The notes: generated by a model from the letters alone, not told the origin. Numbered from the stretch's first letter, positions 13,968 through 27,749 are shown. The stretch: 64,000 nt of DNA from the human T2T-CHM13v2.0 reference genome, Homo sapiens (GCF_009914755.1 NC_060935.1); one strand, 5' to 3'. Made by a program: numbers and translations.

Positions 13968-14356
13968 ATAGTAGACACCATAGGTAAGCTCACTCAACTC
14001 CAAATCTCATTTCCTTTCTTTCTTGTCTGCCTCTACTTTAGAGGCTGTAAAAGTAAATACTCACTTCCAAGATCTCATGTGGATAGAGATAGGAGAGTCA
14101 TTTGGTCATGGTTTTAGTGCAAATCTGCTTGCCCGGTTCCCTTTTGCTTCCTGCTTTGACAGTAAGTCATGGCTGAAGCTGGAGCCACCATCTTTTATTC
14201 ATAAGGAAATATAAAAGTATCACAGGGATGCAAACCCTAAACCATTGCCAACAGTTAGCTACCTCCTGACATTTGTTATATGACAAGTAAGTTACTACTT
14301 AAGACTCATCATTTTGTCATTCTGTTGCTTGAAACGAAAGAGCTTTTCCAATGGAC
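13968..14356 (+). mobile_element. Old MaLR/ERVL-type solo LTR (MLT1-like)
   Basis: ggctgaagctggagccaccatctt and 3' ttctgttgcttgaaacgaaagagc...gaca motifs. Confidence 0.45.
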
Positions 14357-15479
14357 ACTCCAGGAAAATCTGTTAGGAAGAACAGATGCTTCCATAAAAA
14401 ATGATTATTAAACACATTTCCTACACCATCACAGTGATTACCAACCCCAAAACAGGTTCACTGGCTCTGTCTTTGTGGAATATAAGCTCAATGAGGTCTC
14501 AAACCTGGCCTGTCTTCTCCATCATTTTATATTCAATGTTGAGGGAAAAAAATTCTCATATAGTTAGTATTCAATAAATACATGTTGAACAAAAACTAAA
14601 TAACATGTGTATTTCACCTAATGGGCAGAATGAATACAGAATTGAAGACCCTGAGATTCACAGACTGTGAAATGTACTGAGATAATAGGTCACCCAGCTA
14701 AAACCGTTTGAAATAGAAAAGTCCAATATCATTTAGAGTGGGGGGCGGAAATTATGCCTGTGAAGGGAAGCAGTGAGACAGAGACTTCTGCTATGCCTTT
14801 GTAAATCCCCAAAGATTTTGTTTTTGTTTTGTTTCACTTTGACTTCATTTTACTTAACTGTCCAGTGGAAATAATAGAAGCTATTCTAAGTAATAGTAAT
14901 CTCTAATAGAACCCTTAACATAAGTGTCCCAACTCTACGTGCCATAACATATTGGTTATGATTAAAACACTAATTGTCCTCATTTCAAACTGAAGTGCTG
15001 AGAATTTGCACTATTCATGTAATATATGCAGTCCTTTAGAGGATGAGCCAATCCTGGGACAAATCATTGCCCATCAGACACAGTTTTATTAGTCTCATGA
15101 CATCAAAATGTGCATTATAAATGGTTCTTTATGACAACAGTAAATTCACATCTTCCCACAGATGCCTGAATCTTTTCAAGATCAGTATTAGAAAGATACA
15201 CAGTTGGAGATGTTTGTCATGTTGTACTCTGATTTCTAATAAATTATCAGAGTGTGCTAGGTAGCCATAATTTTACAATTTGTATGATATAGTGAAATTA
15301 TTTAGTTCTCTGTGATAGAAAACTGATACATAGCTAAATGTTAGCTGTCACTTGAGTCTCCCAGCTTACCGGGTATTATTAATCATTCTGTTTGTGCTGG
15401 CATGTGGCTCAAAATAATCTAGTACACACAAAAATTCATTCAAAGTATTTCTTAAATAACAGTCTTATTATGTATTGTA

Positions 15480-17950
15480 TTTGAATGCCTTGTTTTCACT
15501 TAGCATGAGGCCTACCCTTAGTTTCTCACTTAGCATGAGACCTATCCTCTTAACACATTTTTAAGTGTACAATATAATATTGTAATCTATAAGCACAATG
15601 TTGTACGGCAGATATCAAGAATTTAGGCATATTATATAACTAAAAATGTATACCCCTTCAAATATAACTGGCTGTTTCTCAGCCCTTGAACCCCAGGGAA
15701 CCACCATTTTACCCTCCATTTCTCTGACTTTGACTATTTCAGATACATTCTATATGTAGAGTCATGCAGTATTTGTCCTTCTGCAACTAGCTTCTTTCAC
15801 TTAGCCTAAATCCTCAGGGTCCATCCACGTTCTTGCATATGGCAGAATTTCCTACTTCTTAAAGTCTGAATAATGTTCCATTTTTAAATATACATACACA
15901 CATATGCATACATATATGTGCATATATATGCATAAATATGTTATATATAAACATATGTTATATATGTATATACATATATGTGTATATATGTACAGATATC
16001 TATGTCATACATACACATACATATGTCATAAACATGTTTTATATACATGTATACATATATGTAACATTTTCTTTATCCATTCATCTATTTGTGGCCACTG
16101 GATGAATAACTTTGGCCAATTTTGTTAGTATAAAATATGATCATATTTAGTTTTTATTTTTATTTTCTTGATTACAATTAAGTCAGAAACGCATTCATGT
16201 ATTTACTGGGTATTATGACTTCTTCTTTGGAAAAAAATGGTGTATGCCCTTTGGTCATTCTCTCTGTGACATGGTTTGCTTGTTTTTACATTGACATTTA
16301 GAAGATAGTTATATATCTAGATAGTAATCCTCTGATAGTTATGTTTATTGCAGATATCTAATGAGAAAGTAAACTCCATAGAGGCAAGATTTTTGTTTTC
16401 TTCACTGATGTATCCCTGTAGAACAATGTCTGCCACATAGCATGCTTTAGGAAAATTTGTTGAGTTAATAAACTAAATTTTTATATTTAATGCATTCCTT
16501 TATGGATTGCACATTTGAAATATTTTAATGAGAAGTTCTTCATTGCGCAAAGTCATAAAGATAATTTTCTATATTCTCTTCTAAAATATTTTGTTTTCCT
16601 ATGCATAGGTAAGTTTACTTTTCTAATCCAGCTAGATTTTAATATTGCATATGACGTGAGGTAAGGATCCATTTGCAAAGTTTTTCAAGTGTCTGAGCAT
16701 TATTAATTCATAAGCCTATCTTTCCCCAGTGAGTGGCAAAACAGGCTTTTTATATATCAACTTTGCATATGACAATGAAAATATTCCTGTGTTCTTTACT
16801 ATTTTATTTGTCTATTTTCTATTTTCAATCCAATTATTTCCACATTATGAGTAAATGTTCTAGTTACTATAAATTTAGAAAATTATTGATACCAAACAGA
16901 ATATATACTTCCACTCTGTTCTTCATTTCCTTCAGAAGTGGTTTGGCCCTTTGTGGCTTATTGCTATCATAAAATTTTAAAGCATCAAGTTCATTTAAAC
17001 AAAGAAACTATTGGGTTATTAATGGGATTTTATTAACACTAAAAATCTTAAATTTACAGAAAAAAGTCTATAATATTGAGAGGTTTTTATTGAAGTCCAA
17101 ATTATATTTTTCCCCTAATTTAATCTTCATATCCTTCAATATTTATTTCTCAACTTTACAGTGAGATCTTACACTTCTTTGATTAATTATATTTCTACAA
17201 ATTCAACATTTTGTTATTATGTAAATTGTAACATTTTACAAATTACATTTTGCATTCTGTAACTACTGTACAAAATTGCCATGGATTTTATATATCTGTT
17301 TTATATCTGGTCATCTTGGAAAATATTTCTATTAATTGTAACAATTAGCAGGTTCTTTGGAGTTTTTCTTATTCTAGATAATTTTTTCTGCAAATATTGG
17401 TGGTTTTGTTTCTTGCTTTATAATCTTTAAATTTTAATTATGTTGCATTTTTTCCCTTGGTTCAACACAATGGCAAGAATTTCTGATATATTGAATCAGA
17501 AACAGAGTTCATGAGCATTTCAATCTTCTCCCTTACCTTACGAACTGCTTTGCCGTAGGTTTTTGGTACATAATCTCCATAAGATTAAGGAACTCCTTTC
17601 TATTTGCTACTAGTTAAGATATCTTAATGGATATTTTCTATTATCAAATGCTTTTCTCTACATTTATGTAGATAATCACATTTTTAGTTTTCTCTTTTAA
17701 TCAGGTAATATGATGGATTTCATCATTAGATTTCCTAATGTTAAACCCACCTTACTTGCACAGTAATCTCAGTTTGCTCATGAATTATAATCTCTTTTAT
17801 GCATTGCTGGATTTCATCAGATAAGATTTTGTTGAGGGCTTTTTAAATTCATTCGTGAGAGAAATTTACCTGTAACTTTCCTCTTAATCAAGCCCTGGCA
17901 AGGTTTGGTTATCAAGATTATATTAGATTCACAGACTTAACTGAAAAGAG
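15480..17950 (-). mobile_element. Nested old L1M fragments (L1MA/MB 3' end plus older L1ME), with an L2 3' end at about 16360-16470
   Basis: Antisense L1 3'UTR/ORF2 text (atttttaagtgtacaata, atttgtccttctgcaactagcttctttcacttagc, catgttttctttatccattcatct-like); L2 tail aaactccatagaggcaagattt...tttgttgagttaataaa. Confidence 0.6.
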
Positions 17951-17990
17951 CCCTTCTTTGTGAATATATGTATTCACAAAATACATATAT

Positions 17991-18430
17991 TCACAAAGAT
18001 TTTTTGCTTAGCCAAATTTTAGTCAGGCATTTGAACCTTCTCCTAACCCCATCTGTGTAACCACTTGTAAAATCCAGTTCAGCAAAGAACTCTGCTAAAG
18101 TCAATTTAGCAAGAACTGCCCACCTTCCATATCTAATCGCCCTTGAGATCCGATATTGTTCCTTATCCTCCATGATGCCTTAGGTGACGGCTGATCATCC
18201 TGGTCTGATCACCCTGTCTTATTAGCAAGAATTTTATTAGGTTGGTTTAGCCAGAATCCTCCTTACATCTGATCTTTTTTTTTTTCATCTGATCTTTCAT
18301 GTTAGCAATTTTCCCTCCACTGACACCCACTGCAAGACCACCCAAGTGTAGCGGTACCTATACTTATAGTGATGGTCGGAATAAAGTCTGCCTTACCCTG
18401 CTTTAACCAGTATCAGTTAATAATTTACAC
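17991..18430 (+). mobile_element. MER31-like (MER4-group ERV1) solo LTR, internally deleted
   Basis: acaaagatttt...gccaaattttagtcaggc, cttgtaaaatccagtt, gtttagccagaatcc and aataaagtctgccttacc. Confidence 0.7.
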
Positions 18431-19224
18431 ACACACATACACACACACACACACGTATGTTTATTAAAGTTATGCTGTTATTATGCTTTTAAAATTTCTG
18501 TTGTAGGTATGGTAATGCCATTACCATTTTCATTCCTATTGTGGTTTTGTGTCTCTACATTTTACTCATTTTATTTTGCTAAATATTGTTTATTTCACTC
18601 TTTTTTAAAGAAAAACTTCCATTCTTTTGTTTGTTTTGATTTCCACTCTAATGTGTATTGTTTCATGTTTTATTTATTCTTAAATTGTATTCTTGGCTCA
18701 TTAATTTTCAGTATTTTATTTCTGTCCTAATATAACCAATTAAAGCTCTACATTTCCCTTAAATTTCCAGCCTCATATTCTTAATAGAAAAAATGAAACA
18801 AACAAATAAGTTTATTAGTCAACTCAATACTAAGCATTAGAAAAACTGTTATTTATCTTATAATCCATAGCTTAGTTAGAAACAGTTTTGGTAATTTTCA
18901 GATTCATTAGGGGCAAGGATATCTCATATTTGCTAATTTCTGATTTAACTGCATTTTTTTAAAAAAAGTGGAACATACGATAAAAATGTTGCATCATTTT
19001 GAGATATTGCTTTATGGTCAGGAACACAAAGTATTTTGTAAATGTGTTATGTGTGTTTAATTAAAATGAATTTTCCCTAATTTTGATATACAGCATTCTG
19101 TATATTTCCATTAAATCAGGCACTTTGTGTTAAATTTTCTATATCTTTACTAGGATTTTGTCTCCTTTCTGTATAAGTGATTAAGCAAATTATGTTTTTC
19201 ATGTTTTATATAATTTTCCCTCTG

Positions 19225-19258
<34 letters not shown>

Positions 19259-20758
19259 CCACACATATGATAGATATCATATATGCATTATATGTAGTGT
19301 TATATTTAGTACCTATGTAATAATAATTTATATATAATATACATGTATCTGTAGTTATAAACATGTATGTATATATTTAAGATTACTTTGTCAGGTTTGC
19401 AAAATGTGTATTTGTTCATTCTTTATTGCAATTGAATGTACTATTATTTCATGTTAAATTTCTTAGTTTCTAATTATTTTTTCAAATAAACTTTATTTTA
19501 GAACAATGTAAAATGTACTGAAAAATTGTAAAGATACTATAAGAGCTCCTATACCCAGTTTTCCCTATTACTAATATCTTATATTAGTATGATGAATTTT
19601 TAACAATTAGTGAACCAGTATTACTATATTATTAGTACCTGAAGTCCATACTTTATTGAGATGTCCTTAGTATTTGCCTAACGTCTTTTTTTTTCTTCTT
19701 TTCCAGGATCCCAACCGATATACTGATTACGTTGTGATAGCATGTCTCCTTAGGCTGCTCTCGGCTTTGGTAATTTCTCAGCTTTTCCTTGTTTAGGATG
19801 ACCTTGACAGTTTTGAGGAGTACTGGTCCGTTGTTTTTGTCTTTCTATTGGGATAAGTTCGATGTTTTCCTGATAATTAGACTGGGGTAGAGGTGTTTGG
19901 GAGGAAGACCACAGAGGTAAACTGACATTCTCATCAGATTACATAATGGGTACATTCTATCAAAATTACATGTCAGTGTTGATATTGACCTTGATCACCT
20001 ACCTCAGACAGTATTTGTCAGTAAATACATGAGGTTATCAATATCCTAAATACCTTGACTTGATCATTACACATTCTATTCATGGAAGAAAATATTATAT
20101 GTACCCCATAAATAGGTACAAATATTATATATCAATACAAAAAATAAAATTTTTTAAAATAATGTTACTTCCCTTCCCCTTTCCATGCTGTACTCTTTGA
20201 AAGTAAGTTACTATGTGTAGACCATGTTAAAGAAGTGAGGAGTTATGTTCTGCTTTCTGAAAGTGGAATATCTACATAAATTATTTGGAATATTTCATAA
20301 ATTATTTGGAATATTTACAAGAGATTTGTCTTCACTTTCCCATTGATTTATTCAATTATTTGCTTATATATACTCAAATATTTGCTTATATTTCTATGTA
20401 GTCTCAATAGTTATTTTACACATTTATTTCTACATTGAGTTATAATCCAATAGTGCTTTAATTTTTCAGAAAGTTTTCCAGCTTTGGCCTTTGGAAATTC
20501 TTTTAGTTGACTCCTGTGTCTTTTTTTATACCTCCATTTTTGTGCTTACTTTTGTTGAATTGATTTTATTTTCAACATTTATCAAATTTTATTGCATTAC
20601 AAGATGCCTCAGTACTATCTTCTGTATCTCCTGCCCCAGTCCTAGAAGCAGCCATTTCTATAAGCAGCCATAACTCCTTCTATTGAACAATTATATTAGA
20701 AACTATGTTGTAGTTGTCCTCATTGCTTCTTGGCTTTCTGGACTGCCAGGGCAAAGAA

Positions 20759-20760
<2 letters not shown>

Positions 20761-20815
<55 letters not shown>

Positions 20816-20822
20816 CGCGCGC
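20761..20822. repeat. Compound (GT)23(GC)8 alternating purine-pyrimidine tract
   Basis: Direct read. Confidence 0.95.
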
Positions 20823-20959
20823 ATTAACCAATGAATATGCATATATCTATAAATTTTTATATATATATAACCATCTCTATCTGCATGAAGCCAAACATAC
20901 GTTTATACTGATGTCTTTAACTCTAAAGCATTAGTATGTTTTATTCACTAGTACTTTTT

Positions 20960-21179
20960 TTTTCCTTTTTCTTCTTCTTTTTTTAAGTTCTGGGATACAT
21001 GTGTAGAACGTGCAGGTTTGTTACATAGGTATACATGTGCCATGCTGGACACAGGGAGGGGAACATCACACACTGGGGCCTGTCTGCGAGTCGGGGACAA
21101 GGGGAGGGAGAGGATTAGGACAAATACCTAATGCATTCAGGGTTTAAAACCTAGATGATGGGTTGATAGGTGCAGCAAA
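20960..21179 (-). mobile_element. Very short 5'-inverted L1PA (L1PA7/8-like) insertion
   Basis: Poly-T and antisense L1 3' tip to 21044, then sense-orientation 3'UTR 21045-21179; 15-bp TSD tcactagtacttttt at 20945-20959 and 21180-21194. Confidence 0.9.
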
Positions 21180-24100
21180 TCACTAGTACTTTTTAACTCT
21201 AATTCACTATATGGACCATAGTCACTTCTTCCCCTTGTTAATTTGAATCCTCCCACTCCAACAGTGAAAATCCTGGGTGACACCATTGGTTATCTGTTTA
21301 CATGATTGTTCAATTTCAGAATATATGGTTAATGATATTAAAATCGTTAATTCATAATGCCACAGTAAATAACTTTATAAACTACAATGCTATGTACACA
21401 GTTATTTTGGCCTTTAGTTTTACACACTCACTCATTAGTTATTCAGTTAGTTAGCCTAAGTTATTTAGTTCAGCATCTTTTCCCCAAATCCTTCTGTAAA
21501 ATGCTAAATATGTTTGTAATACAGGCAGATTCTTTTGTCACAGTCTGCATTCCATGCCAGTAATCCCTGACCTCCCAAATATTTATAAAATTGCATATCT
21601 AAGGTTTAAACATTTTACTTCAGAGTTCTATGGATTGTGGTAAATATATAGTGTCGTATATCTGCCATTAGAATATCATATATAATAGTTTCACTGCCCT
21701 AAAAAAAATACCTATGAATCATCTATTCAACTTTTCCTCCAAAGACAGGAGAATAAGAAAGCTTAAGATGTGTGCAAGTGAGTGACTAAAATGACTATAA
21801 ATGGAATCTGAACCCATCTAGTTTCTCACTTATATTTTTAATGTTATTTATTTAATTTTAAACATTTTAGATGTAGTTATTTTATATTCTATGTCTGATA
21901 ATTTCAATATCTGAAATCTTTGGTGATCCAAAATTTTTGTTATTTCTACTTACTTCTACTCATAGCAGTTTATTTCCTCTTGAATATAGTAAGTAATATT
22001 GTTTTGTATTGTTAGTTCATATTTCACTGAAGTTAATCTGTCAAATTCTGGAAAACCTGAGTTGCAGGTTCTTACCTTATAAGAAAATCTGCCTTGTTCG
22101 CGCTGGTTGCCAACAGATGCCATATAATTGGGATCATTTTAATTTAATGTATTTGTTGGAGATTTCCCTGACTGCTTAGATCAGGCCAATGATTGCAATT
22201 AGCAAGAGAAGGCAATTATTATTGTGTCATGTACTACCCATTGGTCTCATTTCATTAAGTATTTTTGGAGGGATCCCTTAGAGTTTTCCTTACTTTTATA
22301 ATCACAGAGAAACGCTTTTAGGGGTATGCTTTTTTTTTTCATTTACATAGGATCTAATTATACTAAATTAGGAGGGATCTTTAGAATATCTAGAATGCCA
22401 TACTTTCAGATGAAATCCCATTAGTTCTGTTTTAATCATGTGGACTGTGAGAACTCCATGGAACATCTAAGTAGTCATATGAAGCAGGCACCTAGAAATA
22501 GGAATCAGCTGCAAGCTTTAGTTTTGGGAGTCATCCGCACAAAAATGAGAATTGCAAATATAAAAAAATGATGATTCAAGGGATATCGATAACACATACA
22601 TGTATTGAATATCCTCTCAGAGGGGCTCATAGAATTAGGCAGAGTCTATTACAATTTAGTGACACACATACCAAGATAAACATATGCACTAGGTTAGATG
22701 GGAGATAAAGAAGGTTCATGTGATCATTTTCGACAGGCAAAGTTTTTTGTAGATGACAGCAAAGTTATCATCAGTCAATGTATATGTCAATTAGCAATGC
22801 ACATTTTCAAAAGAATAGGCTGATAGTAGTTCTTAAATTGTGATAAAGCTACATGCATCTATATTATTTTGTACAACTTCTAAGCTTACTTCTTAGTAAA
22901 TATTAATATTAAGCTGAAAAGGATCCACATCTTCTCCCATGCCAAGACCTTTGTGATTTGGTCCTTTATTATGGTTCCATCATTATTTCTTACAAGCTTT
23001 TCTTTCACCAGAATGTTTCATGAACTCATCAGAATATTTATCTGGATATTCAAACTCATTTTCCAGAAATAAATCTTTCAAAATCCTCTCAGGTAGTGAG
23101 AAGCCACATTTTCTTTGCTTACTTCTGCTATAGTTACTTTGAATATATTCTACTTCTATTCTGTTTGTCTATTTTCTAGTCTGTAAACCTAAAAAAAAGT
23201 GAACAATAGTGTTTTCTTTACTAACAGATTGAAATTGATTAACAATATTATGTTGTTGTCCTGAAAAATCTCATCCTGGGAAACAAATCTAAAATATACG
23301 TAATTCTCAACATACAATTACGAGATTGCTATAATTACCCCCTTCTTTTGGTTAGAAAATAAGTCTCAGAGAGTTTAGGTAATATGTCTAAGGATACACA
23401 GCTTTCAAGTAACTTAAATAAGCATCTATTCTAGTTATTTTTTCCAAAGCCCATAATTCCTAAAGATGCTGTCAAAGCCAGTTGCTGTGGAGAGGAAAAA
23501 AAAAGATGATAACTAAAAAAAATCAATAAATTCAGTGATCAGAAATCCTCTAGTCACCTTAGAGAGCCTAATTACAATAGAGAAGAAAGATTAGTAAAAC
23601 ATATTTCAAAATATTGTAGACTCTTTTACAGAAAAAAAATTGTTCTTGGTCCCAAATATATAAGACCAATGAATTAGTTCCCCAGTATTTGAACTCTTTT
23701 CCTTTTTAAAAAAAAATTGTTATTTTTTAAACCACTGAAGCATGACCCCAAAACTAAGTGTCTTTTTTACATATTGAAACATCCAGTAGAAACATAGAGA
23801 TGTGAAAAATGTCCAGTAGAGGACTCCTGGTTCCTAAATTTGGCTATGGCCTTAAGTCTAAGATTTGAACTCTGAAAGCATTAAACACAAAACAAATGAG
23901 TCTGATGAGTGGTAAGAAAGATTGTGTGTGTTATGAGGACAACATAGATCTAGAAAGGCTCGCAAAACCAAAAATGAACAAAGGCGTCAAGGAAGATTGT
24001 CTACAGAAGGAGCAAGTCAGCAAATTAGAAAAATAGTCACAGGCCAGTGCATTAAAGTTGGCAGTCCTAGAGAACACATGGGAAAGGATTCAGCCATCAC

Positions 24101-24407
24101 CCCTGAAGAGTCATCTCGATGAAGTGTGACAAGTGGAAAGCAGAGATCTGATGCTTTTATTCATCCTTAGAAGTCTGAGCTCGGCTTGCTTTCACCTGCT
24201 AAGCCAGAGCACTCTAGCCTGCCAGGTCACCCTTACTCCTCCTTAGACATCATGCAGAATTAAAATACTTGGATCTACCTGTAAACTGGCTTTTCAACAT
24301 CTCTTATGAGTCTTATTTCTGCCATTGCTGACCAGGATGAGTGGAACCTGAAAAGGCTATTGTTAGGTCCTTCAAGCTTTGTGACACTTGGCATGTCAAT
24401 TTGTTGG

Positions 24408-24550
24408 TTCATTCCTTCATTCCTTTCTTGCTTCCTTCCTTCCCTCTGTCTCTCTTTCCTTCTGCCTCCCCTTCTTTCTCTCTCTCTCTCCTTTCTTTTT
24501 TCCCTTTCTCCTCCCCTCCTTTCTTTCCTCCCTTTCTTTCTTCTTTTATT
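24408..24550. repeat. Pyrimidine-rich (CT/CCTT) low-complexity tract
   Basis: Direct read. Confidence 0.85.
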
Positions 24551-24569
24551 CCAAGAAGCTTGGTTCCTT

Positions 24570-25694
24570 TATTGGATAATAGGATAAGAAACCAATATCT
24601 GGGTGCTAAGCATGCTCATTGCTGCTAGGTGTTGTTTCTTTTGGACCCTCCTAGCTGACAGGGTAAAAAATATATGCATTCATACTAACCTGTGTCATGT
24701 ATTTAACCAACTATATATATATATATTATATTATATATAACCAATAATATATATGTCAGTTACATATAGAAAGTTATATATAATATATAGTTATGTATAA
24801 CTATATATAAAACTATTTCTATATACAACTGTATGAATCTACATTTAGCTAAGCATGAGCTCATACTGATGTTTAATCCATAATCATATCAACCCATATA
24901 GTTTCCTCCTTGTCACATACTCAAAACTCTCACTCCAACAATGAGAAGTGTAGATCCTACTATGTGCCATACATTTACTCAATAGTTCTAATCTAGTATA
25001 TATGTACAGTAGGATCAGAATTGATAGCTTGTACTCCCGTGGCAAACAAAATTTTGCCTTTTGCCTTTAGTCTTATAGATGTCCATTGTCTGGATGTCTC
25101 ACAGTTTATTCATTCACTTACTGAAGGAAATCTTGATTACTTCTAAGTTTGGGCAATTGTGAATAAAGCTGCTATAGATATTCTGCTTACAGATTTTGGT
25201 GTGAACATAAATTCTCAACCCCTTTGGGTAGATACCAAGGTATGTCCTTGCTGAATTGTATGATAAGAGTACATTATGTTATTAATAAACTGTCAAACCA
25301 TCTTTTAGAAGAAGATAGAATGTATATTTTGCTGTTTTGGGATGAAGTGTTCTATAAATATCCATTAGATTCAACTGTTTTTGCATTTCTCTGAAAAATA
25401 AATCCTTCACAAGTGGAAAGTGCATCTTGCAGTTCTTTCAGCTGTAATCCACTCTTACACTGATGTGGTAGTTGGGTATGAGGAGAAAGGAAGCTTTCTA
25501 TAACCCTACAATTAAGCCTGAGTCTTTTTCTTAGTGACTTGTTTTATGAACAGTTTTTCTGAGGTATAATTGGTATATAAAACACTACATGTATTTAATG
25601 TATGCAATTTGATGAGTTTGGACATATGAATACATCCATGAAGCATCGTCATAACCATCACCTCCAAAAGTTTTCTTGTGTCCCTTTGTGTGTA

Positions 25695-25739
<45 letters not shown>

Positions 25740-25870
25740 ACTATAAGAACACTTAACATAAGATCTTAAGAAATTTTCCAGTGAACAATATAATATTATT
25801 AACCATCAGAACTATGCTATATAGGAAATCTTTGTAACTCATCCATACCACATAACTGAAGTTTTGGCAA
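24570..25870 (-). mobile_element. L1MC/MD and L1MB fragments with a (TG)n tract at about 25698-25734
   Basis: gaaaccaatatctgggtgctaagcatgctcattgctgc, tttattcattcacttactgaagga, tgaggtataattggtatataaaacact. Confidence 0.6.
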
Positions 25871-27089
25871 GTTCTTAACTTCCCATTCTGTCATCTGTCT
25901 AATAGGGATTATGGGAAATACAGTGTCTAGCACATAATAGATTCATGATAAGTTTTAATGGATAATTTCATAAATGCTCAGTGAAACTCTGTGTAAAGCA
26001 AATAGTACAATTGCTTAAGAAATTATAGTTGTTAGTGTTAATATTATCTTACGTATCATAATGCTACAAAAATGGCATTTTTGACAGTAGTTAGAAAGGT
26101 GAGCATATCTCAGTTCAGCAGTTTCAAAAATTATTTTAAAATTTAATATATATATTTGTAAATAGAAAGAAAGGAGTTATACCAAGGTATGATTTTCCAT
26201 CTTTAACATCCCATTTCTCATTCTGTAATGTATATAGATCTGACAGTAGCTGCCTACTCTTCCCTAATTCTCCCATGGGTAACAGAAACATAGATAGAAG
26301 GAAACTAGGGGATGGATAATCAAGTATTATCCCTTCATATCACCCTAGAAGAAATTGAGGCTCAAAGATGCTGAATAATTTCCTCATGTTCCACAGCTAG
26401 TTAGATTTTTCTTCTAAATAAGCCTAATGCACTTTACAGCTGCTCCCTAGGCCTGCAAAGTTGGTAACATCTTGCAGCTTTCAAATATCCTCACCTAATA
26501 TAACAGTCATTAATTAAGTAGTTCCAAAATCAACTGAAAATATCTCTGGCTATGCTTTGATGAATACAGCCTGCAACATTTTCAATGTGATTTTTTTCCT
26601 TGATTATGTTCTTGGAGATTATTTTGGATACATAAAGCCATTTTCTCAAAGATAGGGAGATTGTATTGTCCATTTGGCTGACAAGAAATGATTTTAAATT
26701 GTTTCATAACAATCAATTTAAAAGGAGTATTTTGAATCCAAAGTATTTTCAATAAGGGCTCAGTGATATAGAATGAAAAGAGAAGCAGTGAACATATTAC
26801 ATGTAGGATAAAGAAAAATCAAGTAAGAAAAATATACCTGAGATTCTTGAAAAAATAATCTTGTTTAAAATAATCACTGTTTTGTTGAGAGTTTTAATAT
26901 GAAAATTACTCAAATATATGTCATTTTAGTGTTCTACATTAACAACTCATATGGGTACCTCGCTAATATTTTTACTCTCATCTCTCTCACCAATCCCCAC
27001 CATCAAGTCTGTAATATCTATTTTTTCCTGCATGTCTTACCAAATACAACATAGATCAATGGCTAGAGTCTTGTATATAATAAATAGAA

Positions 27090-27450
27090 AAAAATAGTCA
27101 TGGATTTTAAATTGAGATAAGCTGAGACTATGTCCCAGTACCATCATTTATTATACAACTATGAGTAGGTTACTCGAGTGCCATGAGGCTCACTTATTCT
27201 ATTGATAAAAGCTGAAAACAATAAATAATAAATAATTATGATAAATTATTTTATCATAATTATATTTATAATTAATAATTATGATAAATAGAAATGAAAT
27301 AAAATCTGTCGAATAATAAAAATAATAAAATCTGGTCAAATAATAAAATCTTGCTTACTGCAAGAGTGAGTGAAAACATATATACAATACCTCAGTGTAA
27401 TTCTTGATATGTAATTGATATGTAAGATGACAGGAATTGTAGCTGCAAGT
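27090..27450 (+). mobile_element. MIR SINE with internal micro-rearrangements
   Basis: gtcccagtaccatcattta...gtaggttactc...ataaaagctgaaaacaata...tattattatt. Confidence 0.5.
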
Positions 27451-27749
27451 ATTATTATTGTCTATGAATCTGAACAGCCATTATGAGGCTAAACCTCCTC
27501 TTCCTAAGTTGTTCTGCCTTGTACAGCCTTCTACCTTGTGCTGGTGTTTCCAAGAGCAATAAAACAGAGGACACACTTTAATCAAATGTAGTACTTATAG
27601 CTGAGATTGGAGCAGAACTTTGGTCCAGTCTTTCATTTCGTTCCTGCTTACTGAACAGCATCAACCTATTGGTAAAGAAGTAAATATTCTTTTCTTTATT
27701 CTGTAAAACTGAGAGGTTGGGGGTCTTAATGTATTACATAAATACTAAA

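Larger units (their letters stand above)
19480..21740 (-). mobile_element. L1MC-type 3' region, hosting a + strand L1MA 3' tip (about 20020-20150) and an inverted L1PA
   Basis: aaactttattttagaaca...ccaggatccc...gatgaccttgacagttttgaggagtactggtc...gggaggaagaccacagaggtaaa typical of L1MC 3'UTR; nested ccttgacttgatcattacacatt...tgtaccccataaata. Confidence 0.7.

Noticed and set aside
24306-24628. Three overlapping hydrophobic ORFs resembling membrane peptides
   Set aside because: Translations of a CT-rich low-complexity tract
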